A stretch of DNA of 64,000 bases. It comes from an uncultured Desulfobacter sp. GTDB taxonomy: Bacteria > Desulfobacterota > Desulfobacteria > Desulfobacterales > Desulfobacteraceae. The notes under the pieces were generated by a model, which searched no databases, was not told where the DNA came from, and saw only the letters and a list, made by a program, of their open reading frames with translations. The stretch's first letter is position 1. Each line of letters opens with the position of its first letter. Where the stretch lies: NCBI GenBank assembly GCA_963665095.1, contig OY762069.1:1344001-1408000 (forward strand). Reading direction: 5' to 3'. Below, one piece after another: positions 49,343 to 59,569 of the stretch. Position numbers and translations under genes: made by a program.

Positions 49343-49657
49343 TCAATTTCCCAGTGTATCGGCAACTGCCTCTTCTTTCATATGGATGTCCCAGCGATCA
49401 CCCCACATGTCTGGAGTGGTCTCTTCAACCTGCGTGATGGAATCCCAGCTGATACCGATTTCCGTGAAAATATCCTTGAGCGCCTCTTCGTCAGGGGCCA
49501 TCCACAGGCAAAAGCGAACACCCTTAACATCATTGTAGTAGGTCCGAATCCATGTGGCAGACTCGACGTTGGCAAGTTTTCTCCAGTTTGCCTGCACCTC
49601 TTCGCAGTCAATACCGGGGTTGCTGTGTACCATCATGTATATATTCTGTCTGGTCAT
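49343..49657 (-). CDS. Small DUF4242-like protein
   Basis: WIRTYY...FCLWMAPDEEAL pattern; SD AAGGAG. Confidence 0.7.
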   Translation of the reverse strand: MTRQNIYMMVHSNPGIDCEEVQANWRKLANVESATWIRTYYNDVKGVRFCLWMAPDEEALKDIFTEIGISWDSITQVEETTPDMWGDRWDIHMKEEAVADTLGN

Positions 49658-49735
49658 GATATTTCTCCTTTTTTAAACGGTTTATGCTGCTGATGAAACC
49701 GAATGCGCATCGGGTTGAACTTATCCTGATACCAG

Positions 49736-49751
49736 TACATAAACCGTGCCA
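49736..49751 (-). promoter_or_regulatory. Probable sigma54 promoter (variant -12) for the DUF4242-like gene
   Basis: Minus strand TGGCAC-GGTTT-ATGTA: perfect -24 element, GT instead of GC at -12; sigma54 activator gene is divergent. Confidence 0.55.
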
Positions 49752-49941
49752 GATATTCTTCACAATAACCTAATTTATCCTAAAAGAAATATCCTATTTT
49801 ATTTCAATAGGTTAAATATTGTAGAACCCTCCATTTTTAAAAAAGATTGACGGGGTGGTACCTAAGACATAGGATGACACTCAAGTGATGGTGGCGCCAC
49901 GCGGCGCCACTGTGTTCCTCCCCCCAAAAAGGAGAGCGACC

Positions 49942-51354
49942 ATGCCAGACCTGTCCTGCGATATAAATAACAGTCCGGTTTTGGAAATGATTCTGGAAGC
50001 CATTGGAGACGGCGTATTCATCCTGGATTTGGACGGCCGCATCATTTCCTGGAATCGGGCCATGGAAAAAATCTGTGGCTATGGTTCAGCCGAGGTCCTT
50101 GGAAAATCCTGTACACTCCTTCAGTTTAACCAGTGTTTCAACAAACAATGCCCCACGGAGTTCAATGAATGCGGGGTGTTGAAATCCGGAAAAGTGTTAC
50201 CGGTGGAGTGCTTTATGATCCACAAAGCCGGCCATTCGGTGCCGGTGATTAAAAATGCCCGGGTCATTAAGAATCCAGACGGGCAAATTATAGGGGTGAT
50301 TGAGGCGGTCACCGACATGACCGAACTTAAAAACGCCCGCATCAAAATGGCGGAGGTCAGCCGTCGTTTAGGAGAACTTAACCGATTAGGCGGCATCATT
50401 GCCAAAAGCCAGGTTATGCAGAACGTATTCACCTTTATCAAAGCGTCTGCTGCCACGGATGCCACCATTCTGATTCAGGGTGAAAGCGGCACGGGCAAGG
50501 AACTTGTGGCCGGGGCCATTCATTCCATTGGCGAGCGAAAAGACAAGCCGATGATTACGGTCAACTGCAGTGCACTTTCCGAAACCCTTCTGGAAAGCGA
50601 ATTGTTCGGCCATGTCAAAGGGGCGTTCACCGGGGCCAACCGGGACAGAATCGGGCGGTTTGAGGAAGCCCATTCAGGGACTATTTTTCTGGATGAGATT
50701 GGTGAGATCTCTCCCTATATTCAGATTAAACTTTTGCGGGTGCTTCAGGAAAAGGAGATTGAACGGGTGGGTGAATCCCGGAAGCGCAGGATCAACATCC
50801 GGATCATCACCGCCACCAATAAGGATCTCAAATCCCTTGTGGACGAGGGAAGATTCAGAGAAGATCTCTATTACCGGCTCAAGGTTTTTCCTATTTTTCT
50901 GCCCCCCCTGCGCAGGCGAAAGGAAGACATTCCGCTTCTGGTGACGCATTTTATCCGCATTAACAATAAAGCCGGGGGCAAAGTGAAAAGTATTGAACCC
51001 GGTGCCCTTAAGGCCCTGATGGATTATCACTGGCCGGGTAACATCCGGGAACTTGCCAATGCCATTGAACATGCCTTTGTGCTGTGCCGGGACCGGGATA
51101 TCAGTTTGGCAGACCTGCCAATTGAAATCCGGCACTTCAAAGCGGAATATAATGACAAGGATTCCGGGACAGTTGAGATTTCCCGCATCAAAAAAGCAGC
51201 CCCCCTGACACGGGAAACACTTTTAACCATTCTTAACAACAGTAACTGGAACAAAGCCGAGGCAGCGCGCCAGACAGGAATGAGCCGGGCATCCATCTGG
51301 AAATATATGAAAAAATGGAATATTCCCCTTCAGCCTGAATCTGAGAGTACCTGA
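49942..51354 (+). CDS. PAS-domain sigma54 enhancer-binding protein (Fis family)
   Basis: Cys-rich PAS domain; [22 protein letters not shown] and HTH. Confidence 0.93.
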   Translation: MPDLSCDINNSPVLEMILEAIGDGVFILDLDGRIISWNRAMEKICGYGSAEVLGKSCTLLQFNQCFNKQCPTEFNECGVLKSGKVLPVECFMIHKAGHSVPVIKNARVIKNPDGQIIGVIEAVTDMTELKNARIKMAEVSRRLGELNRLGGIIAKSQVMQNVFTFIKASAATDATILIQGESGTGKELVAGAIHSIGERKDKPMITVNCSALSETLLESELFGHVKGAFTGANRDRIGRFEEAHSGTIFLDEIGEISPYIQIKLLRVLQEKEIERVGESRKRRINIRIITATNKDLKSLVDEGRFREDLYYRLKVFPIFLPPLRRRKEDIPLLVTHFIRINNKAGGKVKSIEPGALKALMDYHWPGNIRELANAIEHAFVLCRDRDISLADLPIEIRHFKAEYNDKDSGTVEISRIKKAAPLTRETLLTILNNSNWNKAEAARQTGMSRASIWKYMKKWNIPLQPESEST

Positions 51355-51415
51355 AAGGTATCAATCAAACCGTCCGACAGGCCACCTCATTATGAAATGC
51401 CCATGGTAATCCCTT

Positions 51416-51958
51416 TCAGGGAAAAGAAGTGCTGTTGGATACTGTATTGACAGCGGCAAGAATAAGATCGGCAGCTTTATCTTGTGTATATTTTTCCGTA
51501 TCAACAGATATCTGGGCAAGGCTCTGATATAAAGGGGTTCTGGTTTGAAGCATCTTTTCAGTTTCAAGGGCGGGATCGTAATTCGTTAGGTCCGGCCGTT
51601 GCAGGGCAGAAGTCGCATCTTTTGACATCCTGTCTGTCAGGACTTCGGCCGAGGCATACAGTAAAACGATGATACCGGCTTTTTTTAGAAACTGCCTGTT
51701 TTCAGGTGCCAGCACGATACCACCACCGGTGGCGACAACAGGCATATTTTCTAAATTTAAATTCATTAGAATTTCAGTCTCTTTTGCCCTGAAATAGTCC
51801 CAGCCATGCTCCACCACCATCTCGGTGATGGTGGTGGAGCATGTTGACTGCAGAAGCTGGTCCGTGTCAAGAAACGGCCGGTCCAGCAGGCCGGCCAGAA
51901 TCTTTCCGGTGGAGGTTTTTCCGGTACACCGGTATCCGATAATAAAGATGGGTTGCAT
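51416..51958 (-). CDS. aroK: Shikimate kinase
   Basis: GYRCTGKTS, DTD, FRAKE and ATGGG; last gene of the aro operon. Confidence 0.9.
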   Translation of the reverse strand: MQPIFIIGYRCTGKTSTGKILAGLLDRPFLDTDQLLQSTCSTTITEMVVEHGWDYFRAKETEILMNLNLENMPVVATGGGIVLAPENRQFLKKAGIIVLLYASAEVLTDRMSKDATSALQRPDLTNYDPALETEKMLQTRTPLYQSLAQISVDTEKYTQDKAADLILAAVNTVSNSTSFP

Positions 51959-51970
51959 GGACAAACCTCC

Positions 51971-53227
51971 CTAAAGGATGTCAAACAGCTGCCAGAACGA
52001 GGGAAACGATTTTTCCACGCAGGCAGGATTTTCAATTTCAAGACCATCAACCTTCAGGCCTGCCACGGCAAACGCCATGGCTATGCGGTGATCATTAAAG
52101 GTTTCGATGATGGCGCCATGGGGGGTGCCGCCGGTTATTTCCATGTAGTCATCCCCCTGGACGGCATGGATACCCATGCGGGTCAGCTGTGAGCAGACAG
52201 CGTCAATGCGGTCGCATTCCTTAACCCTGAGGTGTCCGATGTTTGTTATCCGGGTCGTTCCTTTGGCAAAGGCTGCTGTTACGGCAATGGCGGGCACAGC
52301 ATCCGGGGTGTCGGCCATGTCCACATCCACCGCATGGAGCGGCCCACCTTTAACTTTCAGCACACGGCCGTCATGGGTAATGGTGCAGCCCATTTTTTCA
52401 AAAATATGGACCTGTTTTAAATCCCCCTGCAAGGAATCGGTTCCAATATTGGCTACCCCGATGTCTGATCCGGTCACCGCGCCTGCTGCCCAGAAATAAC
52501 CGGCATTGGACAGATCGGGTTCCACACGCCTCTCCCCGGGACTGTAGGTCTGGGCCCCGGGAACGTCATAACAGGTCTGTGTTACCTGGCATGCATTGAC
52601 CCCGAACTGTTTCATCACATCCAGGGTCAGATCAATATAGGGCTGGGATACCGCAGGTGTCGGCAGGTCAATTTTGAGGCCCTGATCAAAAAAGGCGCCT
52701 GCCATGAGAAGTGCAGACAGATACTGACTGGACCGGGAGCAGTCAAGCAGGGTGTGTCCCCCTGCCCTGTCTCCCCCATGGATCACCACCGGCGGGGTTC
52801 CCTCTCCATTTACGGAACGGGCACTGATCCGGATACGGATTAAAGCATCCAGAAGTTCTCCCATGGGGCGCTGGCACATTCTGTCGTCCCCAGTCAGGGT
52901 ATAGGGGGTGTTGCCAAGGGCTGCAATGCCTGCTAACAGACGCATGGACGTGCCGGAATTGCCAAGATGAATGGGATCAGGCCAGGGTTGGGGCCGGCCT
53001 GAGAACCCTTTAACAGACAAGGTGCCATCCTGTTTATCTTCAATTTTCGCTCCCATGCACTCAAGGGTTTTACGTGTGAGCGAAATATCCTGGCTGTCCA
53101 GGATATTGTGAATTTGAGAGGTCCCGTCAGCCAGTGCCGCACAAATCAGCATTCTGTGTGAAATACTTTTGGAGCCCGGAATTGTGACGACCTGATCCTT
53201 GATGGACCTGGGGATTACCTGCTTCAT
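51971..53227 (-). CDS. aroA: 3-phosphoshikimate 1-carboxyvinyltransferase
   Basis: PGSKSISHR, GNSGT, SSQY, RVKECDR and DHRIAM. Confidence 0.96.
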   Translation of the reverse strand: MKQVIPRSIKDQVVTIPGSKSISHRMLICAALADGTSQIHNILDSQDISLTRKTLECMGAKIEDKQDGTLSVKGFSGRPQPWPDPIHLGNSGTSMRLLAGIAALGNTPYTLTGDDRMCQRPMGELLDALIRIRISARSVNGEGTPPVVIHGGDRAGGHTLLDCSRSSQYLSALLMAGAFFDQGLKIDLPTPAVSQPYIDLTLDVMKQFGVNACQVTQTCYDVPGAQTYSPGERRVEPDLSNAGYFWAAGAVTGSDIGVANIGTDSLQGDLKQVHIFEKMGCTITHDGRVLKVKGGPLHAVDVDMADTPDAVPAIAVTAAFAKGTTRITNIGHLRVKECDRIDAVCSQLTRMGIHAVQGDDYMEITGGTPHGAIIETFNDHRIAMAFAVAGLKVDGLEIENPACVEKSFPSFWQLFDIL

Positions 53228-53253
53228 TATATTGTCTCCTTCTATGATATGCA

Positions 53254-54063
53254 CTATTTTCGAACGGGGGCCTGGGCACACTGGCGCATCAGGTGTATAT
53301 CCGGCTCAGTATCCGTCCAAAGACGAAACTGGGCTGCGGCCTGGGCTATAAACATGGAAAGCCCGTCAATAGTAATGCACCCTTTCTCTTCGGCCACTTC
53401 AAGCAGTTTTGTTTTCAACGGCGTGTACACCACATCCATAACCACAGTGTCTGGTGTCAGGCTCCTGGCCGGAAAGCTTAATTCATTCTCTTTCGGGATC
53501 ATACCGATACTGGTGGTGTTTATTATCACGTCCGCTCTGATGCTTTCCATGTTTGACGCCGGTACAAATCTGCCGTTGACAAGTTCAGCCAGGGCCTCTC
53601 CTTTATCGGCAGTCCGGTTGGTAATAATCACATCCGCCCCCTGTTCAGCAGCCCCATGGGCAACAGCCCGGGCCGCACCGCCGGCACCTGCGATACAAAC
53701 GGTTTTGCCTGAAATCCCATAGGGCAGCAACGGGTCAATGGCAGCCTGGCAGTCGGTATTATACCCTTTAATTACACCACCTTCATTAACCAGGGTGTTT
53801 ACAGCGCCGATGGTCCTGGCCGATGCATCAATCCAGTCTAGATGGTCCATGATTGATTCTTTGAACGGAATTGTTATGGAAGCCCCTTTTATGTCCAGGG
53901 TTCGCACAGCCTGTACGGCCTTTTGCGCATCACCTACCTCAAAGGCCAGATACACGGCATTAATCCCGTTGTCCCTGAAAGCGGCATTATGAATGGCCGG
54001 GCTCTTAGAATGTCTGACCGGACGCCCGAAAACACAGTAAAGCTGGGTGAATGCATCAATCAT
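53254..54063 (-). CDS. aroE: Shikimate dehydrogenase
   Basis: HSKSP, TIPFK, GAVNT, NTD, GAGGAAR and NRT. Confidence 0.95.
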   Translation of the reverse strand: MIDAFTQLYCVFGRPVRHSKSPAIHNAAFRDNGINAVYLAFEVGDAQKAVQAVRTLDIKGASITIPFKESIMDHLDWIDASARTIGAVNTLVNEGGVIKGYNTDCQAAIDPLLPYGISGKTVCIAGAGGAARAVAHGAAEQGADVIITNRTADKGEALAELVNGRFVPASNMESIRADVIINTTSIGMIPKENELSFPARSLTPDTVVMDVVYTPLKTKLLEVAEEKGCITIDGLSMFIAQAAAQFRLWTDTEPDIHLMRQCAQAPVRK

Positions 54064-55199
54064 TGGAGGATCTCCTGTTTCTCAAACACCGGATATGAAC
54101 CCAGAACCTTCAAAAAAAGTGCATTTTTACGGATCTCTTCAATGGTCCGGGACACAAGTTCATCATCAATATGCCCTTCAATATCCATGAAAAAGTAATA
54201 GCTCCAGTTCTGGTGGCGGGTGGGCCTGGATTCCAGTTTGACCATGTTCAGGCCGGCCCTGTTCACAGGGGAAAGCGCGCTGAAAAGTGCTCCCGGCGTA
54301 TGGGCTGTGGCAAACATGATGGAAGTTTTGTCATGGCCTGTTCTTTCCGGCCTGGGCCCGCCAATAACAATAAACCGCGTTATATTGCCGGAACGATCCT
54401 GAATCCTGGTTGCCACAGGCAGCAATGTGTAAATATGGGCAGCCTTTTCCGATGCAATTGCCGCAATGCGGTCATCTTTAGACGCAAGCAGCGCGGCTTT
54501 GGAGGTGGAGGCGGTTTCCATTATCGCAGCGTTAGGCAGGTGCTTTTTCAGCCATCCCTTGCACTGGGCAATGGCCTGGGGATGGGAATAGACGGTTTCA
54601 ATATCTTGAAGCTCTCCTGAAATGGAAAGAAGATCATGGGACACCGGTTCATAATGTTCCGCAGTGATGTGAAGATCAAATTCAGTGAACAGATCCAGGG
54701 TATAGTTAACCGCCCCTTCAATGGAATTTTCCACAGGCACCACCCCGACATGCAGATCCTTTCGTTCAACATTGTTGAAAATATCAAAAAAACTGGGCTG
54801 TTCAATAAAATTGCCGCAATGTCTGAAATGATGCAGGGCTGCAATATGGGAGTGGCTGGCCTCGGGTCCCAAAAATCCAATCATTGCCGGCTTCTGGATT
54901 TCCCTTGTGGCGGTAATAATTACATTGAAGATGTACTGGATCAAGTCATTGTTGGCAGGGCCTGGATTCAACCGGGAGAGCCGTTCAATGACCATGCGTT
55001 CCCTGGTCCGGTCCAGGATCTGACTGCCTTTCTGTTGTTTTATGGCACCAACCTTTTTGCCGATGTTGAGACGCTGGTTGATCAATTCCAGAATACGATC
55101 GTCAATACGGTCAATCTCGTCTCGCAGGGGGACCAGTGATCCGGTGTCGCTTTTCGTTTTTCCGGTCACAGGTGTTTTTTCATCAGATTCCTTACTCAT
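54060..55199 (-). CDS. pheA: Chorismate mutase / prephenate dehydratase (P-protein)
   Basis: LRDEIDRID (AroQ domain), PVENSIEG, SHPQA, NITRF and ESRP (ACT domain). Confidence 0.96.
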   Translation of the reverse strand: MSKESDEKTPVTGKTKSDTGSLVPLRDEIDRIDDRILELINQRLNIGKKVGAIKQQKGSQILDRTRERMVIERLSRLNPGPANNDLIQYIFNVIITATREIQKPAMIGFLGPEASHSHIAALHHFRHCGNFIEQPSFFDIFNNVERKDLHVGVVPVENSIEGAVNYTLDLFTEFDLHITAEHYEPVSHDLLSISGELQDIETVYSHPQAIAQCKGWLKKHLPNAAIMETASTSKAALLASKDDRIAAIASEKAAHIYTLLPVATRIQDRSGNITRFIVIGGPRPERTGHDKTSIMFATAHTPGALFSALSPVNRAGLNMVKLESRPTRHQNWSYYFFMDIEGHIDDELVSRTIEEIRKNALFLKVLGSYPVFEKQEILQ

Positions 55200-55226
55200 T
55201 TTTTAATCCTTATTTTTCCATAAACT

Positions 55227-55260
55227 AAAAAACCGCATCAGGCTCTGCCTGCTGCGGTTT
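55227..55260 (-). terminator. pheA attenuator terminator
   Basis: Minus strand AAACCGCAGCAGGC-AGA-GCCTGATGCGGTTTTTT, ending 27 nt before the pheA ATG. Confidence 0.85.
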
Positions 55261-55291
55261 GTTTAACTTTCTTTCAAAGGGTATAAAAAGA

Positions 55292-55369
55292 TTAGTTCTC
55301 CACAGGCAGGCGGCTCCCGTTATAAAATCGAATAAAAAAATAAAAATATGTTTTAAAGCAGAAGTTCAT
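55292..55369 (-). CDS. pheL: Phe/Tyr-rich leader peptide MNFCFKTYFYFFIRFYNGSRLPVEN
   Basis: 25-codon ORF with 6 Phe and 3 Tyr in the first 16 codons, just upstream of the terminator. Confidence 0.8.
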   Translation of the reverse strand: MNFCFKTYFYFFIRFYNGSRLPVEN

Positions 55370-55428
55370 CGGTTTTCCATGCGCTGTGTTTAATTTTTTT
55401 AAGAGCTTATACATATGCCCTGATTCTG

Positions 55429-56676
55429 TCAAGAGTCTTCGGCCGGTTTCATTATAAAGGACTGAATCCGGTTTCCGTCCATATCTTTGACAGTCATCAC
55501 CCAGTTGTTCATGCGGATAGATTCCCCGGGGTTAGGGATACGTTCCACAAGTTCCAAAAAGAAACCTGATACGGTATCATAATTGGCAGACTCTGGAATG
55601 CCAATATCAAGTTCCTTGTTCAGATGGTAAATATCCACCTTGCCGGAAACAAGCCATTTGTTTCCTTTGAGCTGGACAAATTCCGGAGTATTTATGTCTG
55701 ACTCGTCTGCGATCTCCCCGAAAATCTCTTCAACCACATCCTCCAGGGTCACGATACCGGATACGCCGCCATACTCATCCACCACCACAGCCATGTGACT
55801 TTTTTTGGCTTTAAAGGCCTGCAACAGTGTATCCAGTTTCTTTGACTCCGGTATGAAATAGGGCTTTTTCATAATGGCTTTAATATCAAGGGTGTCTGGG
55901 TTGTCACCTGAACCAACCTGCTCCTGATACTTTGCAAACAGGTCCTTGACATGCAGTATCCCCACCACATTATCAATGGTATCTTCAATAACGGGAATCC
56001 TGGAAAATCCCGTTTTTAACAATGTCTGGATGTCTAACTCTTCGGCGGCATCTACCACAAACATATCTGCCCTGGGAGTCATGATCTCGCAGCAGGAAGT
56101 ATCGTCAAATTCAAAAATATTGGTAATGTACTCTTTTTCCTCTTCCTTAATTTCTCCTTCCCCTTCCACAACTTCCACCATGGTCATGAGTTCGTCCTCT
56201 GTGACGGTTTCCTGGGAATTATCAATGGTACCGTGAAGTTTAGGAATGAAATTCAGGATAAAGATCAAAGGCCACAAAATTTTGGACAGCCAGTATAGGG
56301 GATAGATCACCGCCCTGGAAACCAGGACATTATTATGGTTGGCAAATGATTTGGGGAAAATTTCACCAAATATAAGCACCAGAAGTGTCATTCCCCCGGT
56401 GGCAATACCCACAGCATTGGATTCAAGGTGGGTGATGGCAAGGGCGGTAGCCAACGCCGAGGCCCCGATATTCACAAGATTATTACCGATGAGAATCGTG
56501 GTCAAAAGGGTGTGGGAGTCCTCTTTCATCTCCATGATTAAAAGGCCGGTTTTAGAACCGTCCTTTGAAATATGAAGGGCTTTAACTTTTGAAATTGAAA
56601 AAAGTGCCGTTTCTGACATAGAAAAAAAACCTGACAGAAAAAGACAGACAATTAACAGCGTCAGTTCGATGCTCAT
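55429..56676 (-). CDS. HlyC/CorC family protein (CNNM, 2xCBS, CorC_HlyC)
   Basis: FFSMSETA, LIGNNLVN, FGEIFPK, MTPR, FSRIPV and VVDEYGG. Confidence 0.93.
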   Translation of the reverse strand: MSIELTLLIVCLFLSGFFSMSETALFSISKVKALHISKDGSKTGLLIMEMKEDSHTLLTTILIGNNLVNIGASALATALAITHLESNAVGIATGGMTLLVLIFGEIFPKSFANHNNVLVSRAVIYPLYWLSKILWPLIFILNFIPKLHGTIDNSQETVTEDELMTMVEVVEGEGEIKEEEKEYITNIFEFDDTSCCEIMTPRADMFVVDAAEELDIQTLLKTGFSRIPVIEDTIDNVVGILHVKDLFAKYQEQVGSGDNPDTLDIKAIMKKPYFIPESKKLDTLLQAFKAKKSHMAVVVDEYGGVSGIVTLEDVVEEIFGEIADESDINTPEFVQLKGNKWLVSGKVDIYHLNKELDIGIPESANYDTVSGFFLELVERIPNPGESIRMNNWVMTVKDMDGNRIQSFIMKPAEDS

Positions 56677-56781
56677 GGGACAGCAATATTTCCTAATAAT
56701 TTAATATTTTATAAAAATAACTCTAATTGTTTTTACACTTATTTGTCAAACATCTATTGGGAATTTAAGCAGATTATAAAT

Positions 56782-57936
56782 CTATTCCTGCTGATTTTTA
56801 TAAATCATGTTCAAAATAATGGCAGCCGTACGTTTCGGTGCACCCGGTCTGCCCAAGCGCTGCCGCACCTGGTACAGTCCCTTACGAAATCCATCAAGAT
56901 TTTCAAGTATTGATAACGCATTTTTGCAGATATCAGCGGCGTTGGCATCATCCTGGATAAGTTCCGGCATCACCTGCCGGCCGGCAATCAGATTGGCAAG
57001 CCCTATGAATGGGGCTTTTACCAGCAAGCGGGCCAGACGAAATGTCACTGCAGACATTTTGTATATGACAATTGTGGGTACCAGGCAAAGGGCTGCCTCA
57101 AGGGTGACGGTACCGGAGGCGGCAATGAGCATATCCGCACAATCAAAGATCTGTGTGGGACGGCCGTATACAATCCGGCAGGACATGCCAGAATCCGCTT
57201 TGGAAACAATCTCTTCAATGCGGTTTTTATGGCGTTCAATTCCGGCTGATACCAGAAACCGGGCATCAGGATTTTTGTTTGCAATTTGCGCTGCTGCATC
57301 CAGCATAACCGGAAGCAGCTTGTCAATTTCTGCAGACCTGGACCCTGGTAAAAGTCCGATAAGCGGGCCCTTATTCACGTTTCTGCCTACAGGGTTTCCT
57401 GTTTCAGGCAGACAATGTGGATATTCATCCATTAAGGGATTTCCCACATAAGTCGCGGGAATTTTTCTTGCCCTGTAGAGGGGAATTTCAAAGGGGAAAA
57501 TAAGGGCTACATGGTCAGTATATTCACCGATTGACGACAGGCGCCTTGTGTTCCAGGCCCACACTTTAGGCGCAATATAGTAACAGATGGGAATCGTGTA
57601 ATGCTGTTTAATGTAAGCGGCCATTTTAAGATTAAACCCGGGATAATCAATGAGCACCACTGCATCCGGAGGGTCTGTTTTCAATTGATGCCGGACCAGG
57701 TAAAAGGCCTGCTTTATGGATCCAATCTGTTTGACCACCTGTATAAGGCCCATGGCCGACAACCTGTCAATGGGAAAGAAAAGCTGGGCCCCCTGTGCAG
57801 CCATGGCCGGCCCGCCGATCCCTGTGATACGTATGTCAGACACCATCTGCTTCAGTGCCCGCACAAGCGAAGCACCGTGAAAGTCACCTGACGGCTCTCC
57901 AGTCAGGATCATAATATGCAAAGGCTTTCTGTTCAC
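56782..57936 (-). CDS. lpxB: Lipid-A-disaccharide synthase
   Basis: GEPSGD, IDYPGFN, VWAW, LLPGSR and SGTVTLE. Confidence 0.96.
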   Translation of the reverse strand: MNRKPLHIMILTGEPSGDFHGASLVRALKQMVSDIRITGIGGPAMAAQGAQLFFPIDRLSAMGLIQVVKQIGSIKQAFYLVRHQLKTDPPDAVVLIDYPGFNLKMAAYIKQHYTIPICYYIAPKVWAWNTRRLSSIGEYTDHVALIFPFEIPLYRARKIPATYVGNPLMDEYPHCLPETGNPVGRNVNKGPLIGLLPGSRSAEIDKLLPVMLDAAAQIANKNPDARFLVSAGIERHKNRIEEIVSKADSGMSCRIVYGRPTQIFDCADMLIAASGTVTLEAALCLVPTIVIYKMSAVTFRLARLLVKAPFIGLANLIAGRQVMPELIQDDANAADICKNALSILENLDGFRKGLYQVRQRLGRPGAPKRTAAIILNMIYKNQQE

Positions 57937-58793
57937 TTGAAACGCTCCTCGGTCATGGCCATGATGCAGATTTTATAGCGGTCAGCCAGGGCAATCATCT
58001 CTTCCCGATCAAAGGAGAGCGACCGGCCAGCCTCCAGCACCAGAACCGTGGCACCTGACTGGTGCATGGTCTCAATGGTGGTACACCCGGAGGAGGGCAA
58101 ATCAAACCGTAAGTCCTGATGGGGTTTTGACAGTTTCACTACCACGGCACCATTGCCTTTGCTTAAACGCCCTCCCCTTTCAATGGTTGCATCGGTGCCG
58201 TCAATGGCCTCCACTGCCAGCACTGTTCCGTTGGAAACCACCAGGCACTGCCCGATATCTAGCTTTCCTACAGCCTTGGTCAGTTCCCAGCCCAGGTGAA
58301 TATCCTTTTTCTCTGCCTTGTCAGGTTTGCGTTTTGTCCAGCACCCCTCAGGACTTATCAATTCCGGCATCAGAAAGGTGGAAGGCACGAGGGTGATACC
58401 TTCTTTGGCCAGCAGGTCAGCAAAAGAGGAGAGCACATTATCGTCATGGGTACCGGCTGTTTTGGCAATGAATGCCAGCGCTTTAAAATCAGGGCGTATA
58501 TCTTTAAATATATTGGCCTTGCTTATGGAGCCCATCATGACAGCTTGTGAAATACCATGGGACTTAAAAAAACGAATCAGCTTGTTAACCTGGCCTAAAT
58601 ATAGCCATTCAAACTGGTCGCAAAGATCAGCGAGGACTGGATCTGTTTCAGAGTGAAACCCTGCAGCAATGAGATGATACCCGCTGACACGGGCTTTTTG
58701 GGCAAAAAGGAGCGGGAACTGACCGCCGCCGGCGATCAGGCCGATATTATGGTTTTTATTGAAACGGGGACTGTTGCCCTCCGGGTCATTCAT
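57933..58793 (-). CDS. lpxI: UDP-2,3-diacylglucosamine diphosphatase LpxI
   Basis: GLIAGGGQFP, DIGQ, AVEAIDGTD and QDLRFDLP. Confidence 0.92.
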   Translation of the reverse strand: MNDPEGNSPRFNKNHNIGLIAGGGQFPLLFAQKARVSGYHLIAAGFHSETDPVLADLCDQFEWLYLGQVNKLIRFFKSHGISQAVMMGSISKANIFKDIRPDFKALAFIAKTAGTHDDNVLSSFADLLAKEGITLVPSTFLMPELISPEGCWTKRKPDKAEKKDIHLGWELTKAVGKLDIGQCLVVSNGTVLAVEAIDGTDATIERGGRLSKGNGAVVVKLSKPHQDLRFDLPSSGCTTIETMHQSGATVLVLEAGRSLSFDREEMIALADRYKICIMAMTEERFK

Positions 58794-58798
58794 GACAT

Positions 58799-59569
58799 TT
58801 ATCGCGTTACGCCTCGGTTGGAGTTCTTAATGAATTCTGAAAATAGGAGAACCTCAGGCGTTTGTTCAACTTGGGCCTTGGTTCGCTCCACTGCCTGGGG
58901 AACTGTCAGACCGATCCTGAAAAAGATGCGGTATGCTTTTTTCAACTGCCTTATGACAGCATTATCAAAATTGTGGCGCTTAAGGCCCACGTTGTTCAGG
59001 CCATGCAGCGTAGCCCTGTCCCCGGCTGCAATCACATAGGGAGGGATATCTTTGACCACGGCAGATTTGCCGCCGATATAGGCATAATCACCGATTCTGA
59101 CAAACTGGTGGATGGCCACAAGACCGCCTACCGTGGCGTGGTTTCCGATTTCAATATGGCCGCCCAGGGTCGAATTATTGGCAAGAATGACCCCGTTGCC
59201 GGTTTTACAGTCATGGGCAATGTGGGTATAAGCCATGAGATAATTTTCTTCGCCAACTTCTGTGATCCCCCCGCCGAATCCTGTACCTCTGTTAATGGTG
59301 ACAAACTCACGAATAATGGTACCCCTGCCAATGGTCAGATAGGTGGTTTCTCCGTGGAATTTTAAGTCCTGCGGGGCCCCTCCTATGGAGGCATATTGAA
59401 AAATCTGACAGTCAGGGCCAATGGTGACATGATCTTCAATGGTGCAGTAAGGGCCGATGGTTGTACCGGATCCTATGGTGACATCTCCTTTGACAATGGA
59501 GTAGGCGCCAATGGTGACGTTATCATCAATCCTGGCTGAGGAATCAATAATTGCGCTTGGATGAATCAT
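58799..59569 (-). CDS. lpxA: UDP-N-acetylglucosamine O-acyltransferase
   Basis: IHPSAII hexapeptide repeats, PQDLK, REFVTINRGT and HIAHDC. Confidence 0.96.
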   Translation of the reverse strand: MIHPSAIIDSSARIDDNVTIGAYSIVKGDVTIGSGTTIGPYCTIEDHVTIGPDCQIFQYASIGGAPQDLKFHGETTYLTIGRGTIIREFVTINRGTGFGGGITEVGEENYLMAYTHIAHDCKTGNGVILANNSTLGGHIEIGNHATVGGLVAIHQFVRIGDYAYIGGKSAVVKDIPPYVIAAGDRATLHGLNNVGLKRHNFDNAVIRQLKKAYRIFFRIGLTVPQAVERTKAQVEQTPEVLLFSEFIKNSNRGVTR

